In this document: positions 1 through 8,990 of the stretch, one piece after another | Layout of the letters: the number at the start of each line of letters is the position of its first letter | Position numbering within the stretch: the first letter of the stretch is position 1 | NCBI GenBank assembly: GCA_977020255.1 | Contig: CDROCS010000122.1 | Location: 434,001-498,000 of the forward strand | Direction: 5' to 3' | Source of the DNA: Obrimoposthia wandeli | Taxonomy: Eukaryota | Length of the DNA stretch: 64,000 bases | Notes under the pieces: model-generated | Databases searched by the model: none | What the model saw: only the letters and a program-made list of their open reading frames with translations | What the model was told of the DNA's origin: nothing | Translations under genes and position numbers: made by a program

Positions 1-210
1 TATATCTTTTATGATTATTTCTCCAGATCTTTTTTCAATCAAAGCATGACGGCCAGAAATAACTCGATCAGGATCAGGTAAACACCACTGACACAACTCA
101 GAACGCCCAATATAATAAGGGTTACTTTCAGTGATTTTTATTAACGGCAGTACAACATCTAATCCAGAAGTATAACGATGATAACTTATAACTGAAAGGT
201 TAAAACTCAT
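1..210 (-). CDS. FHA-domain protein, T6SS-associated TagH/Fha-like; 5' part only, runs off the left edge
   Basis: Manual translation from ATG at 210: MSFNLSVISYHRYTSGLDVVLPLIKITESNPYYIGRSELCQWCLPDPDRVISGRHALIEKRSGEIIIKDI. The IGR and ISGRHA motifs are FHA signatures, and LPDPDRVISGRH is typical of T6SS Fha. Not in the ORF track. Confidence 0.85.
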   Translation of the reverse strand, partial: MSFNLSVISYHRYTSGLDVVLPLIKITESNPYYIGRSELCQWCLPDPDRVISGRHALIEKRSGEIIIKDI

Positions 211-473
211 AATATTACTCACTTCTTTAAGCACTTAAAACTTAAAAATAAACACCATAATTGAAATTATTTACACATTAAAACAACCAAATTTTTCAGC
301 AATATAAATTATCGGGGTTTTAAAACATTTGAGAGTCACGGTTTGTTTTTACATATATCAATTACATTACTTTCAATAATTATAGGAGCGAACACAAAAT
401 ACAATAAAAACACTATTGCACAAGATCCTTTTGAATATATTATTCTTTTTCAACTACTATTGGAGAAACTCTC

Positions 474-2540
474 ATGGAAAAACAACCTCAGGAAAATAAT
501 AACCAACCTCAACATTCAAAATCCCATGAGATATCAAACCAAGAAGATGATAATAACAAAACAATTATTAACACATCAAAAGCATCTGCGCCAAAGAGTA
601 CCAAAGGTAACGATAACGGTTCAGATGACATAAATAGTGATCTTTTAAATACAGTAATAAAAGGCAGGTATCGTATTGAATCACGTATTGGCCATGGTGG
701 TATGTGTGATGTTTATCGTGCAACTGATTTATTACTTGAGGCAGCTGGCGCATCAAGTCCTTTCGTCGCAATTAAAGCGCTACAAAATGAGTTCATTAAT
801 CAACCGGAAGCAGCAAAGGTATTGATAAATGAAGCTCAAACAACTCAGAGATTAAGCCACCCCAATATCATCCGTGTTTATGACTTTGGCATTGATAAAA
901 AAATATACTATTTAGTCATGGAATACCTTGATGGTGAAACCTTAGATGTTGTGATTCAACGCTCTCGCCCCCATGGTTTACCCTACAAACGTGCCATTCC
1001 GTTACTCGACCAAATGTTATCTGCATTAAAATATGCTCACCAAAACGGTATTGTTCATGCTGATTTAAAACCAAGCAACATCATGCTAACTCGAGATGGT
1101 GAAATTAAAATTTTTGATTTTGGTGTTGCTAAAAAGTTAGGTGAAAATAACGATCAATACGCTGCAATACAAGAAGAAACACTATCGGAACTCGGTGGTT
1201 ATACCCCTAATTACGCCTCAATTAATCTGTTAGAGGGTAACGTCCCTGAGATTAAGGATGATATTTTTGCATTTAGCTGCATTAGTTATGAGCTCTGTTC
1301 AAGTAAGCATCCTTTTAATCGCAAACCTGCTGATGTAGCCCAAAAGGAAAAAATTCAACCAATAAAACCAAAGCATTTAAATTCATCTAAATGGCGTATT
1401 ATTCAACAAGGGCTATCATTATCCGCGAAAGAGCGTATCGGTGATGCTGCTTTAATCAGCTCCCAATTACATCGCAAATACAAATCAACAGCCATTATGA
1501 TCACGGCTATTTTGAGCTTAAACTCTGTGGTCGGGTATGTATTGTATCAACAAAAAGAAGCCATCTTAGAGCTAACAACCGACAATCGAAATTTGCACCA
1601 ACACATTGAAGAAAGAGCAAAACTCGCAAATCTCAGTGCACGTGAAATCATTAAACAGCTCCCTGAATTATCAATTGATGCCCCCATTATTGCCAGCGGT
1701 CTACTCAAAAGTAAGCAACGTGACGTTATTGCATTATACGAACACAATATTGACCTTATCTTTAATACACGAGAGAACTATTACCCAAATTATTACGTAA
1801 TAGAAGCTGAATTAGCCGAAGTGAGTAAACTCTACCCTGACTCACATGCTATCAATGTACTGAGCACCGACATTTCAACCAGCTGGCAATCAACTATCGA
1901 TATTTTATCCAATCAGCTCAATACCACTCTAGAAAAGGCACATTATCAAGTATCTGCCGATAGTAATATCTATGAGCTATTAACTAACCTTAAAAATTTA
2001 CGTCATGATATTCAATTTAAACCGACGTCATTGGCAGAAAAGACCTACGTAACCCAGTATAAAAAAGCCGCTAACCAGCAAGATACTGAAACATTAGCAA
2101 CCTTAATTCAGGTGGGAGAAACTTTCTTCTCAACAACAAATGAACATCTCGCTCAGTTACAGCAGACAAAAATTCTACACAAAGCAATTCTTCAACTGGA
2201 TCAGTTCAAAGCAGCTAGAGAAAGCGATAACCCCGCCCCCTTCCCATATGAATCTGCAGAACTTTTATATGCTAATAAATTTGATCAATTTAACCACCAG
2301 CTTAAACGCGTGAACAGCGAATCGAAGTTAGACAAGTTACTCAAACAGGTAGATAAAACCGCTAAAGAGTTACCCGCTGATTTTTCATCACTCATTACCT
2401 TGCGCTTAGCAAGTGCTAATCAGTACCTCAATTTTTCAGAACAATGGCAAAAAAAGAAAAAGCAACGTGCTGCTCGTAATGCAATGAAAAAGGCCACGCA
2501 TCAATTTAGCTTAGTTGAAAAAGCACGTTCACAATCATAA
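474..2540 (+). CDS. Membrane-anchored Ser/Thr protein kinase, T6SS PpkA-like
   Basis: IGHGGMCDVY, VAIK, HPNIIRVYD, HADLKPSN and DFG kinase motifs; hydrophobic segment AIMITAILSLNSVVGYVLY followed by a long helical C-terminal region; divergent from the FHA gene. Confidence 0.85.
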   Translation: MEKQPQENNNQPQHSKSHEISNQEDDNNKTIINTSKASAPKSTKGNDNGSDDINSDLLNTVIKGRYRIESRIGHGGMCDVYRATDLLLEAAGASSPFVAIKALQNEFINQPEAAKVLINEAQTTQRLSHPNIIRVYDFGIDKKIYYLVMEYLDGETLDVVIQRSRPHGLPYKRAIPLLDQMLSALKYAHQNGIVHADLKPSNIMLTRDGEIKIFDFGVAKKLGENNDQYAAIQEETLSELGGYTPNYASINLLEGNVPEIKDDIFAFSCISYELCSSKHPFNRKPADVAQKEKIQPIKPKHLNSSKWRIIQQGLSLSAKERIGDAALISSQLHRKYKSTAIMITAILSLNSVVGYVLYQQKEAILELTTDNRNLHQHIEERAKLANLSAREIIKQLPELSIDAPIIASGLLKSKQRDVIALYEHNIDLIFNTRENYYPNYYVIEAELAEVSKLYPDSHAINVLSTDISTSWQSTIDILSNQLNTTLEKAHYQVSADSNIYELLTNLKNLRHDIQFKPTSLAEKTYVTQYKKAANQQDTETLATLIQVGETFFSTTNEHLAQLQQTKILHKAILQLDQFKAARESDNPAPFPYESAELLYANKFDQFNHQLKRVNSESKLDKLLKQVDKTAKELPADFSSLITLRLASANQYLNFSEQWQKKKKQRAARNAMKKATHQFSLVEKARSQS

Positions 2541-2655
2541 ATGAAAGTTGTATTACTCTTCCTCAAAAATGGGCTGGAGTAATACTTCAAGTATGCAAAG
2601 TCAACCGTTGATGATTAACAAATCTTAGTTACTCTCATTCTAGGTTGTTAGTAGT

Positions 2656-2702
2656 AAAAAAGCCCCGCATCACAGGCTCTTTCTAGTGAATACGGGGCTT
2701 TA
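2656..2702. terminator. Bidirectional intrinsic terminator
   Basis: AAAAGCCCCG...CGGGGCTTTT inverted repeat between convergent genes. Confidence 0.7.
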
Positions 2703-2723
2703 AAATAAATTGAATTGGCTAGA

Positions 2724-4241
2724 TTATTTGTTCAGTTCAATGTCTCCTGGCTTCCACGTTTTGTCGTACCAAGCTTCTTCTGGACCATAAAGCCTTAAGA
2801 GTGTAAACCAACCTTTATTGGGCACGGTTTGAATCCAGTTTGCTTCTTTACCTTTCGGTGCATTAGGGCCAAAAAATAAATCGACAGAGCCATCTGTATT
2901 TTCGATCAACTTATCGCGTTGGTTATTTTTACTCGGCAACGCTTGTTGTGTTTGCAACTCTGAACGCGTTTGCGGATCATAAGCCACGACAGACCAAAAG
3001 TTTTTAGCGGGTACATTGGCTGGAATATTCACCTTATAATTTTTCCCACCATCTAAATATTGCCCATCTTTTGATTTATCCACTAAGGCATATTGTGATC
3101 CTTTCCCGATCATCTTTAACGCCATTGCAGGCGTATTGACTGTCGCCATATAAAAGAAATACGTACGTGCATCTAAGTTGCGCCCGCCTTCGCCCTCATC
3201 TTTTAGCCACTGATAGTCTTTGCCTATAAAGGCGGTTTTCCAACGTCGATCACTGTAGATATAAGCACCATTATCACGGGGTTGGAATATGAGAGTTCTT
3301 GCCGTTGCATTGCCTATTGCGACACCATCTTTCAATAGCTTTTGCATGCGCTCATCGGGGTTGAATGGTTTGCCCTTTTGGACCCCAATGCTTGACATCA
3401 TGCCTCTTATTTCTGGCTCAAGAAACGAGACTGGCTCTTTGTCTAATACGGTTTTAAGTTCACTATAGAAATGTTCATCGTTCGCATGAACCGTATTAAA
3501 TTCTTTACCGCTGCCAGAAATAAAGGTCATTTTTGGTTGGTCGTTTATCTGCGCCAACGGATAGATTTTTAATTTATCTTTATAGGCTTTAACTGCTGCA
3601 TCTGTTTTACCGTCTTTTAAGAATCCACGGGCAATAAACCAGTTTACGTAGCTCGTAGACTGGGACACAAAATACCCTTCAGGCACTTCACTTTGATAAC
3701 CGGGCGGCAAGATTAAATATTTACCCCCTTTACCTTTATCGGGGCCAACAATGCCTAAATCTGTTACAAAGCGGAAGAATGCATCATTTACTGTGGTAGG
3801 GCCCATGCCTTCAGGCACTTCAATTACAGTAGGCCCATCTCGCTCAAGATCTAAAAATGCTGACGCATAAACAGTATCGGTGTTCCCGGTTAAAAATAGA
3901 GAGTTCGAATCCATTAGCTTATCAAACACAATTACTTGGTTAGACATCGTCGCCCCAAGAGTCGCATGACCTAACCTTAATCCCTCAATGGATGCCATCG
4001 GAATCGCATTAAGAAACACTTCCGTCGCTCGTAGCGTATCGAGGTTGTCATAAATTTTTTGACTGGTTTCAATACTTGGCATGCCATCATTAAATGTTAA
4101 TTGCCCAATGCTTGTCTCAACAGTTTGCGGCGTCATTATGCTTTGGGGAATATCAGTATTGTAATTCGGCGTTGAATAGGCGTGACCTGAAATAATCATA
4201 CTGGTCAGTATTACGACCGTTTTCAATTTTGATTTCAGCAT
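2724..4241 (-). CDS. DUF1254/DUF1214 domain exported protein
   Basis: Signal peptide; NTDTVY, GPDKGKGGKYLILPP and FWSVVAYD...LRLYGP motifs typical of this family. Confidence 0.8.
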   Translation of the reverse strand: MLKSKLKTVVILTSMIISGHAYSTPNYNTDIPQSIMTPQTVETSIGQLTFNDGMPSIETSQKIYDNLDTLRATEVFLNAIPMASIEGLRLGHATLGATMSNQVIVFDKLMDSNSLFLTGNTDTVYASAFLDLERDGPTVIEVPEGMGPTTVNDAFFRFVTDLGIVGPDKGKGGKYLILPPGYQSEVPEGYFVSQSTSYVNWFIARGFLKDGKTDAAVKAYKDKLKIYPLAQINDQPKMTFISGSGKEFNTVHANDEHFYSELKTVLDKEPVSFLEPEIRGMMSSIGVQKGKPFNPDERMQKLLKDGVAIGNATARTLIFQPRDNGAYIYSDRRWKTAFIGKDYQWLKDEGEGGRNLDARTYFFYMATVNTPAMALKMIGKGSQYALVDKSKDGQYLDGGKNYKVNIPANVPAKNFWSVVAYDPQTRSELQTQQALPSKNNQRDKLIENTDGSVDLFFGPNAPKGKEANWIQTVPNKGWFTLLRLYGPEEAWYDKTWKPGDIELNK

Positions 4242-4473
4242 AATTTTACCTTTATATTGGTTTCGATGTGGTTCATTTATACTAGGTCATAAAACATATT
4301 TGATATGCGAAAAGATCGCATTTTAATCTGTTGCACTTATTGCATTACTCCAGCACGAACCCTGATGCTGTTTATCTAAAATCTGTATGGCGTCATGAAT
4401 TAACCTTATGTCGACAGCTCCCTCTTTTTCTTATGCTATCTTTAACGAATAATAAAAACATAAGGAGATCAAA

Positions 4474-5094
4474 ATGGAATTTGATTGGGTGGAATGGTTC
4501 GGCTATCTCGCGTCGCTTGTCGTGCTTGTGTCTTTAACGATGACCTCTATCGTAAAGCTAAGGGTGATCAACTTTACAGGTTGCTTACTTTTCGCGGCTT
4601 TTGCGTACTTTATTGACTCTCTTCCCACCATGTTAATGAACCTTGGTATCGCAGGAATTAACGTTTACTTCTTATATAAGATTTATAGTGTTAAAGAACG
4701 CTTTAAGTTAATTACAGCCTCTACGGATTCAGAGTACTTTTTACATTTCATAGAAATGAATAAAAAAGACATCGAACTGCAAGTATCAAGTGACGAACTA
4801 GCATTGTCGAATACGGCTTTTTATATGCTGCGTAATAATAATATTGCGGGGGTGTTAGTGGGTTCTAAAGATGAAAATGGTGTGCTGAACGTTTTATTAG
4901 ATTATGTCACTGAAGAGTATCGTGACTTTAAAATTGGGACTTATTATTTCGAGACGAATCCTGAAGTTATAAAAAGCCGAGGTATTAACACGCTTCATGT
5001 GCGTACAAGTAATGCAGAACATCGTTCTTATCTTGAAACGGTGGGCTTTAAGCCATCTGAAGATGATAGCCAGCTGTATATAAAATTGTTGTAA
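4474..5094 (+). CDS. YgjV-like inner membrane protein with soluble GNAT-like C-terminal domain
   Basis: RBS AAGGAG; three to four TM helices (GYLASLVVLVSLTMTSIVKLRVIN), then LLDYVTEEYRDFKIG and YLETVGF segments that resemble a GNAT fold. Confidence 0.65.
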   Translation: MEFDWVEWFGYLASLVVLVSLTMTSIVKLRVINFTGCLLFAAFAYFIDSLPTMLMNLGIAGINVYFLYKIYSVKERFKLITASTDSEYFLHFIEMNKKDIELQVSSDELALSNTAFYMLRNNNIAGVLVGSKDENGVLNVLLDYVTEEYRDFKIGTYYFETNPEVIKSRGINTLHVRTSNAEHRSYLETVGFKPSEDDSQLYIKLL

Positions 5095-5106
5095 GTCACT
5101 TAGAAT

Positions 5107-5128
5107 ATCAACTTGCGACCAAGTTGAT
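5107..5128. terminator. Hairpin between convergent genes
   Basis: ATCAACTTG-CGAC-CAAGTTGAT, perfect 9-bp stem. Confidence 0.5.
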
Positions 5129-5200
5129 TTACTCATTTAATTAGTTTAACCGAAGCCTATATTAAATCTTGCTGCTTTCTCAGCAACCCTCAAGGATGAT

Positions 5201-6052
5201 CTACGTGCCGAATGGAACATAACCAACATCAAACGTGCCATTCTGAGTTAATGGATCGACAGCAACAGCAATAGATGTGTACGGTTCAAATTCAGATCCT
5301 AAATCACCGTATTCTGGTGTTGAAGCTGGGTAAACGTAAACGAAGGCATCATCGATATTGTTTGTATATTCATTACAGGCAGTACTGCTCACTGTGCCAT
5401 CGATAGCTGCCACATTTTCATTATTAACTAAGCGTACACCCCGTGGTTTTAGCTGATAACCATTGGCATTTTGTACCATACTTTTACGTAAATCGAATTC
5501 GAGCGTATAAGCTTGTGTCGCATCAGCAATAACATCGAAACCGTCTAATTTTAGCTCGCCACTGGGTACTCGAATACCTTCCTTGTTACCAGTATCGGTT
5601 TCGACGACATGGGAATACGGTGTGCCATTGCTATAAGTGCCTTTTTCTAGCACCGATAATCGCATTTGAGTATATTTACCCGATTCCATCAGTTCATCGC
5701 TTAATACTTGTTGCGAATCATTACCTTGATATGCCATCAAGTTAATCACCATAAAATCAGGGTTGCCATTGCTATCAGAAGGTATAGTCAGACCTTCTGG
5801 TACACATTCAGGCGAGCTTTGATCAGCAGCAAAAGATGTTGTGCCCCAGCTAGATTCGCCACCATTAACGTGATGAACTGAAATCTGATCAAAGGCGACA
5901 CAGACTTTACTTAGGCCATCAACAGGTGCATCAGAAAAGGCTAACGAAAAGGTACCTGTATTATTGTTGCTATCTGACGAGTCTGAACCACCACAACCAG
6001 CCAAAGCGACACTGATTACACCCTCTTTATTCAGTAAAGAATAGCGCAGCAT
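5201..6052 (-). pseudogene. DUF4382-domain lipoprotein, probably damaged at both ends
   Basis: Lipobox LAGC plus GGSDSSDS linker; SLAFSDAP, LELDFDL-like (YTLEFDLRKS) and LKPRGVRLV DUF4382 motifs; abnormal signal peptide; ends abruptly at GYVPFGT-TAG. Confidence 0.55.
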
Positions 6053-6097
6053 TCTCAGACAATCCTGACAGTAAAATTACATTCAAAATGCAACTTT

Positions 6098-6150
6098 ATC
6101 TGTTATCTGCCCCACTTACCGTTTATCTGCAATACCGCCCATTCATCGCA
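6098..6150 (+). promoter_or_regulatory. Three direct repeats at 20-bp period, candidate LytTR (AlgR-like) binding sites
   Basis: ATCTGTTATC (6098), ACCGTTTATC (6118), CCCATTCATC (6138), compared with the AlgR consensus ACCGTTCGTC. Confidence 0.55.
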
Positions 6151-6167
6151 TTGATAAGAATAGAGCC

Positions 6168-6872
6168 ATGTTCGTCAGTAACCTTTGTGCATCAACTTAT
6201 AAAAAGGACAGCAACCATGGCGCAGCATTCAGTTGGGCCATTGTTGGCATCGTATTAAGCAGTATTGTTGTTACAACCACGAATCCTGCATTGGCAACCC
6301 CACCACCAGAGACATTAGCACTGTATAACCAAGCCGCTTCGGGCGACGAAAGTAAAGTTGATGAGGCTTATCAGCTGCTAAATGACAACCTGACTCAACA
6401 AGGGGCTACCCCACTGAATTTGGTTTATCTCGGCAGTATACAAACGTTGCAAGGAAGGGATGCTTTCCTGCCATGGAACAAAATGAAGTTTACCGAAAAA
6501 GGGTTGGCAACGATTGATAAAGCGCTGAACTTATTGGGCAACCTTAATACGCCTCTCGCGCAACAAGATATCGTTCAAGGCTTACCAGAGGCTTACTTAA
6601 CCCAAGCCATGGCAGCGGTAACTTATTCTCAACTGCCCGATCTCTTTAATCACTTCGAACGTGGGTACGATCTGTTTATCGGTTTGCTGTCTGAGCCTCA
6701 ATTTGAACAACAACACTTTGCGGCAACAGCGTGGATTTATCACTACGCCATTCAAGCCTCTCTTCGCGCTAACGATCTTGAGCAAGCGACAAAATGGTTA
6801 CAAATCATGGAAAGTAAAGATCCTCAGCATGCCGACACTATCGCCGCAAAAGTGCTAATCAGTAAGGCTTAA
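6168..6872 (+). CDS. Exported helical/TPR-like hypothetical protein, first gene of the operon
   Basis: Hydrophobic N-terminal segment ending in ALA; helical pattern YLGSIQTLQGRDAFLPWNKMKFTEKGLATIDKAL. Confidence 0.7.
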   Translation: MFVSNLCASTYKKDSNHGAAFSWAIVGIVLSSIVVTTTNPALATPPPETLALYNQAASGDESKVDEAYQLLNDNLTQQGATPLNLVYLGSIQTLQGRDAFLPWNKMKFTEKGLATIDKALNLLGNLNTPLAQQDIVQGLPEAYLTQAMAAVTYSQLPDLFNHFERGYDLFIGLLSEPQFEQQHFAATAWIYHYAIQASLRANDLEQATKWLQIMESKDPQHADTIAAKVLISKA

Positions 6873-6951
6873 AATCTAGCACCTAGCACCAGAGCTTAAT
6901 CGCAATGAACATAAGCAGCGAAGTTTAAGCCAAAAGGAAGAGGGAAAAGCG

Positions 6952-7650
6952 ATGATCCAATTTAATCAAATACGAAAAACCTATCAACTAGGCAATCAAT
7001 CCGTTGCTGCTTTACAAGGCATCGATGGGCATATTCAAAAAGGTGAAATGATTGCCCTATGTGGGCCTTCAGGTTCAGGCAAAAGCACCCTACTGAATAT
7101 TCTTGGATTACTGGATATGGATTACCAAGGCGAGATCACGCTTGATGGAAACGCTTACCCAACAGAGCGATTAGCCGCAGCTAAAGTGCGTAGGCAGAAG
7201 CTTGGCTTTGTGTTTCAACGATTCAACTTAGTGCCAGTGATGACGGCATTAGAAAATGTCGCTTACCCGCTGCACCTCAATGGATTCAGTAAGCAGCAAC
7301 AAGACGAACTCGCGCTACAAATGCTAGAAAAAGTGGGACTAGGCGATTTTACTCAACATAGACCCGATAACCTTTCTGGCGGTCAACAACAGCGTGTCGC
7401 GATTGCTCGGGCATTGGTTCATAAACCAACTTTAGTTATTGCTGATGAACCGACCGCCAGCCTAGACAGTCAAAGCGCTAACGTAGTGATCGATATAATG
7501 AAGCAACTGGGGCATGAAATGGGCACCACATTTATCGTCGCAACCCATGATCCTCGAATGGCGACCCGTTGCGATAGAAGCATCGCGTTATTTGATGGAA
7601 TGCTGGCTAATCAAGCAAGTGATATAGGGGGCATGTCATGGGCAAGTTAA
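6952..7650 (+). CDS. ABC transporter ATP-binding protein, LolD/MacB family
   Basis: Walker A GPSGSGKST, FVFQRFNL, signature LSGGQQQRVAIARAL, ADEPTASLD, H-loop ATHD; strong RBS. Confidence 0.92.
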   Translation: MIQFNQIRKTYQLGNQSVAALQGIDGHIQKGEMIALCGPSGSGKSTLLNILGLLDMDYQGEITLDGNAYPTERLAAAKVRRQKLGFVFQRFNLVPVMTALENVAYPLHLNGFSKQQQDELALQMLEKVGLGDFTQHRPDNLSGGQQQRVAIARALVHKPTLVIADEPTASLDSQSANVVIDIMKQLGHEMGTTFIVATHDPRMATRCDRSIALFDGMLANQASDIGGMSWAS

Positions 7651-8990
7651 CAGCACGGTTACCGCATTTTCCGGTATCACTTCGGTTTGCTTGGCTGAAC
7701 CTATTACGCAATGGGCGACGCAGCTTGTTGTCGGTTTTAATTATCGCCATCGCGGTATTCGCCCTCACCAGTGCTGGTGGCTTTGGCTTATACACTTATG
7801 AATCGCTGAAAGAATCGACCGCAAGAGACACTGGGCACCTAACATTAAGCCAACCCGGTTACTTCACCCAAGATGAAGACATGCCGCTCAGTAATGGCTT
7901 GAATAATAGCAAAACGTTGATCAAAAAAATCATCACCGATGAGGCCATACGCGGTATTCAACCGCGTGTTTACTTCAGTGGTTTAGTCTCTAATGGCAGT
8001 AAATCGACCATATTCATGGGCACCGGTGTCAATGAGCGTGAGTTTGATATGAAAGGGCCGTTCCTCGATATCAGAGCGGGTCAAAGCCTGTCTGATGTTA
8101 CCTCTAGCCGTTATGACCCTGCCGAACCACAAGTCATGTTAGGGGTCGATTTGGCCCGTAATCTAAAAGTCGATGTAGGGGATTGGGTAACATTACTCGC
8201 CACCACGAGCGACGGGGCGCTTAACGCATTCGATTTCAATGTACGTGGCATCTATTCAACCGGTGTACCTGATCTCGATAAACGCCAGCTGTACATCCAT
8301 ATAACAAGTGCACAAGAGTTATTAGCCAGCGATAAAGTCAGCACTTTATCGGTATTCTTATTTGAAACGGCGCAAACAAATGCCGTGCACCAACGACTTT
8401 CTCAACAACTGCATCAGCTATCAAATACGTCTGAACCATTATCAAATGCATCAGAAAAATCATCAAAAACATCAAAAACATCAAAAATGTCAGATCAATT
8501 ATCTCAGCCAATTGAAATCACCCCTTGGCAAGATCGTGCATTCTTCTACACAAAAGTAAAAGATTTGTACGACCGCATCTTCGGCATCATGGGAACAGTG
8601 ATGGGCTTAGTGGTATTCGTTTCTCTATTTAACACCATGACCATGACAGTGACCGAAAGAACCCGAGAAATCGGCACCTTGTCGGCCCTTGGTAGTTACC
8701 CATCAGAAATCATTCGAGGGTTTTTATGCGAAGCAGGGTTATTAGCACTAATTGGTAGCATGCTCGGCGCGGTATCTAACGCCTTAATGTGTGTGTTGTT
8801 ACTGTTTGTCGATGTTCAAATGCCCCCTCCACCCGGCAGAAGTGAAGGCTATCCGCTGAATATCTATTTCTCATTTGAGCTGGTCGCATTAACCACTATC
8901 GGCGTGATGTTCATTTGTTTATTAGCTGCATTTTTCTCTGCGCGTAAAGGCGTAAACAAACCCATTACCGAGGCATTAATTTATGTTTAA
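7638..8990 (+). CDS. ABC permease, MacB/FtsX/LolE family
   Basis: TM1, large periplasmic domain, then three C-terminal TMs; ERTREIGTLSALG motif; overlaps the ATPase stop. Confidence 0.9.
   Translation: MGKLTARLPHFPVSLRFAWLNLLRNGRRSLLSVLIIAIAVFALTSAGGFGLYTYESLKESTARDTGHLTLSQPGYFTQDEDMPLSNGLNNSKTLIKKIITDEAIRGIQPRVYFSGLVSNGSKSTIFMGTGVNEREFDMKGPFLDIRAGQSLSDVTSSRYDPAEPQVMLGVDLARNLKVDVGDWVTLLATTSDGALNAFDFNVRGIYSTGVPDLDKRQLYIHITSAQELLASDKVSTLSVFLFETAQTNAVHQRLSQQLHQLSNTSEPLSNASEKSSKTSKTSKMSDQLSQPIEITPWQDRAFFYTKVKDLYDRIFGIMGTVMGLVVFVSLFNTMTMTVTERTREIGTLSALGSYPSEIIRGFLCEAGLLALIGSMLGAVSNALMCVLLLFVDVQMPPPPGRSEGYPLNIYFSFELVALTTIGVMFICLLAAFFSARKGVNKPITEALIYV
8461..8487 (+). repeat. In-frame 9-bp tandem repeat (CATCAAAAA)x3
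   Basis: Three exact copies encoding SKTSKTSK inside the permease periplasmic domain. Confidence 0.85.

Noticed and set aside
211-473. Sigma-54 promoter for the T6SS genes
   Set aside because: No TGGCAC-N5-TTGC match; TTGCA at ~416 lacks the -24 GG.
343-633. 96-aa ORF overlapping the kinase start
   Set aside because: Alternative frame over the kinase and AT-rich spacer; no motif.
6218-6259. Out-of-frame 13-aa ORF MAQHSVGPLLASY behind an AAGGA
   Set aside because: Nested in the real gene; such short ORFs are expected by chance.
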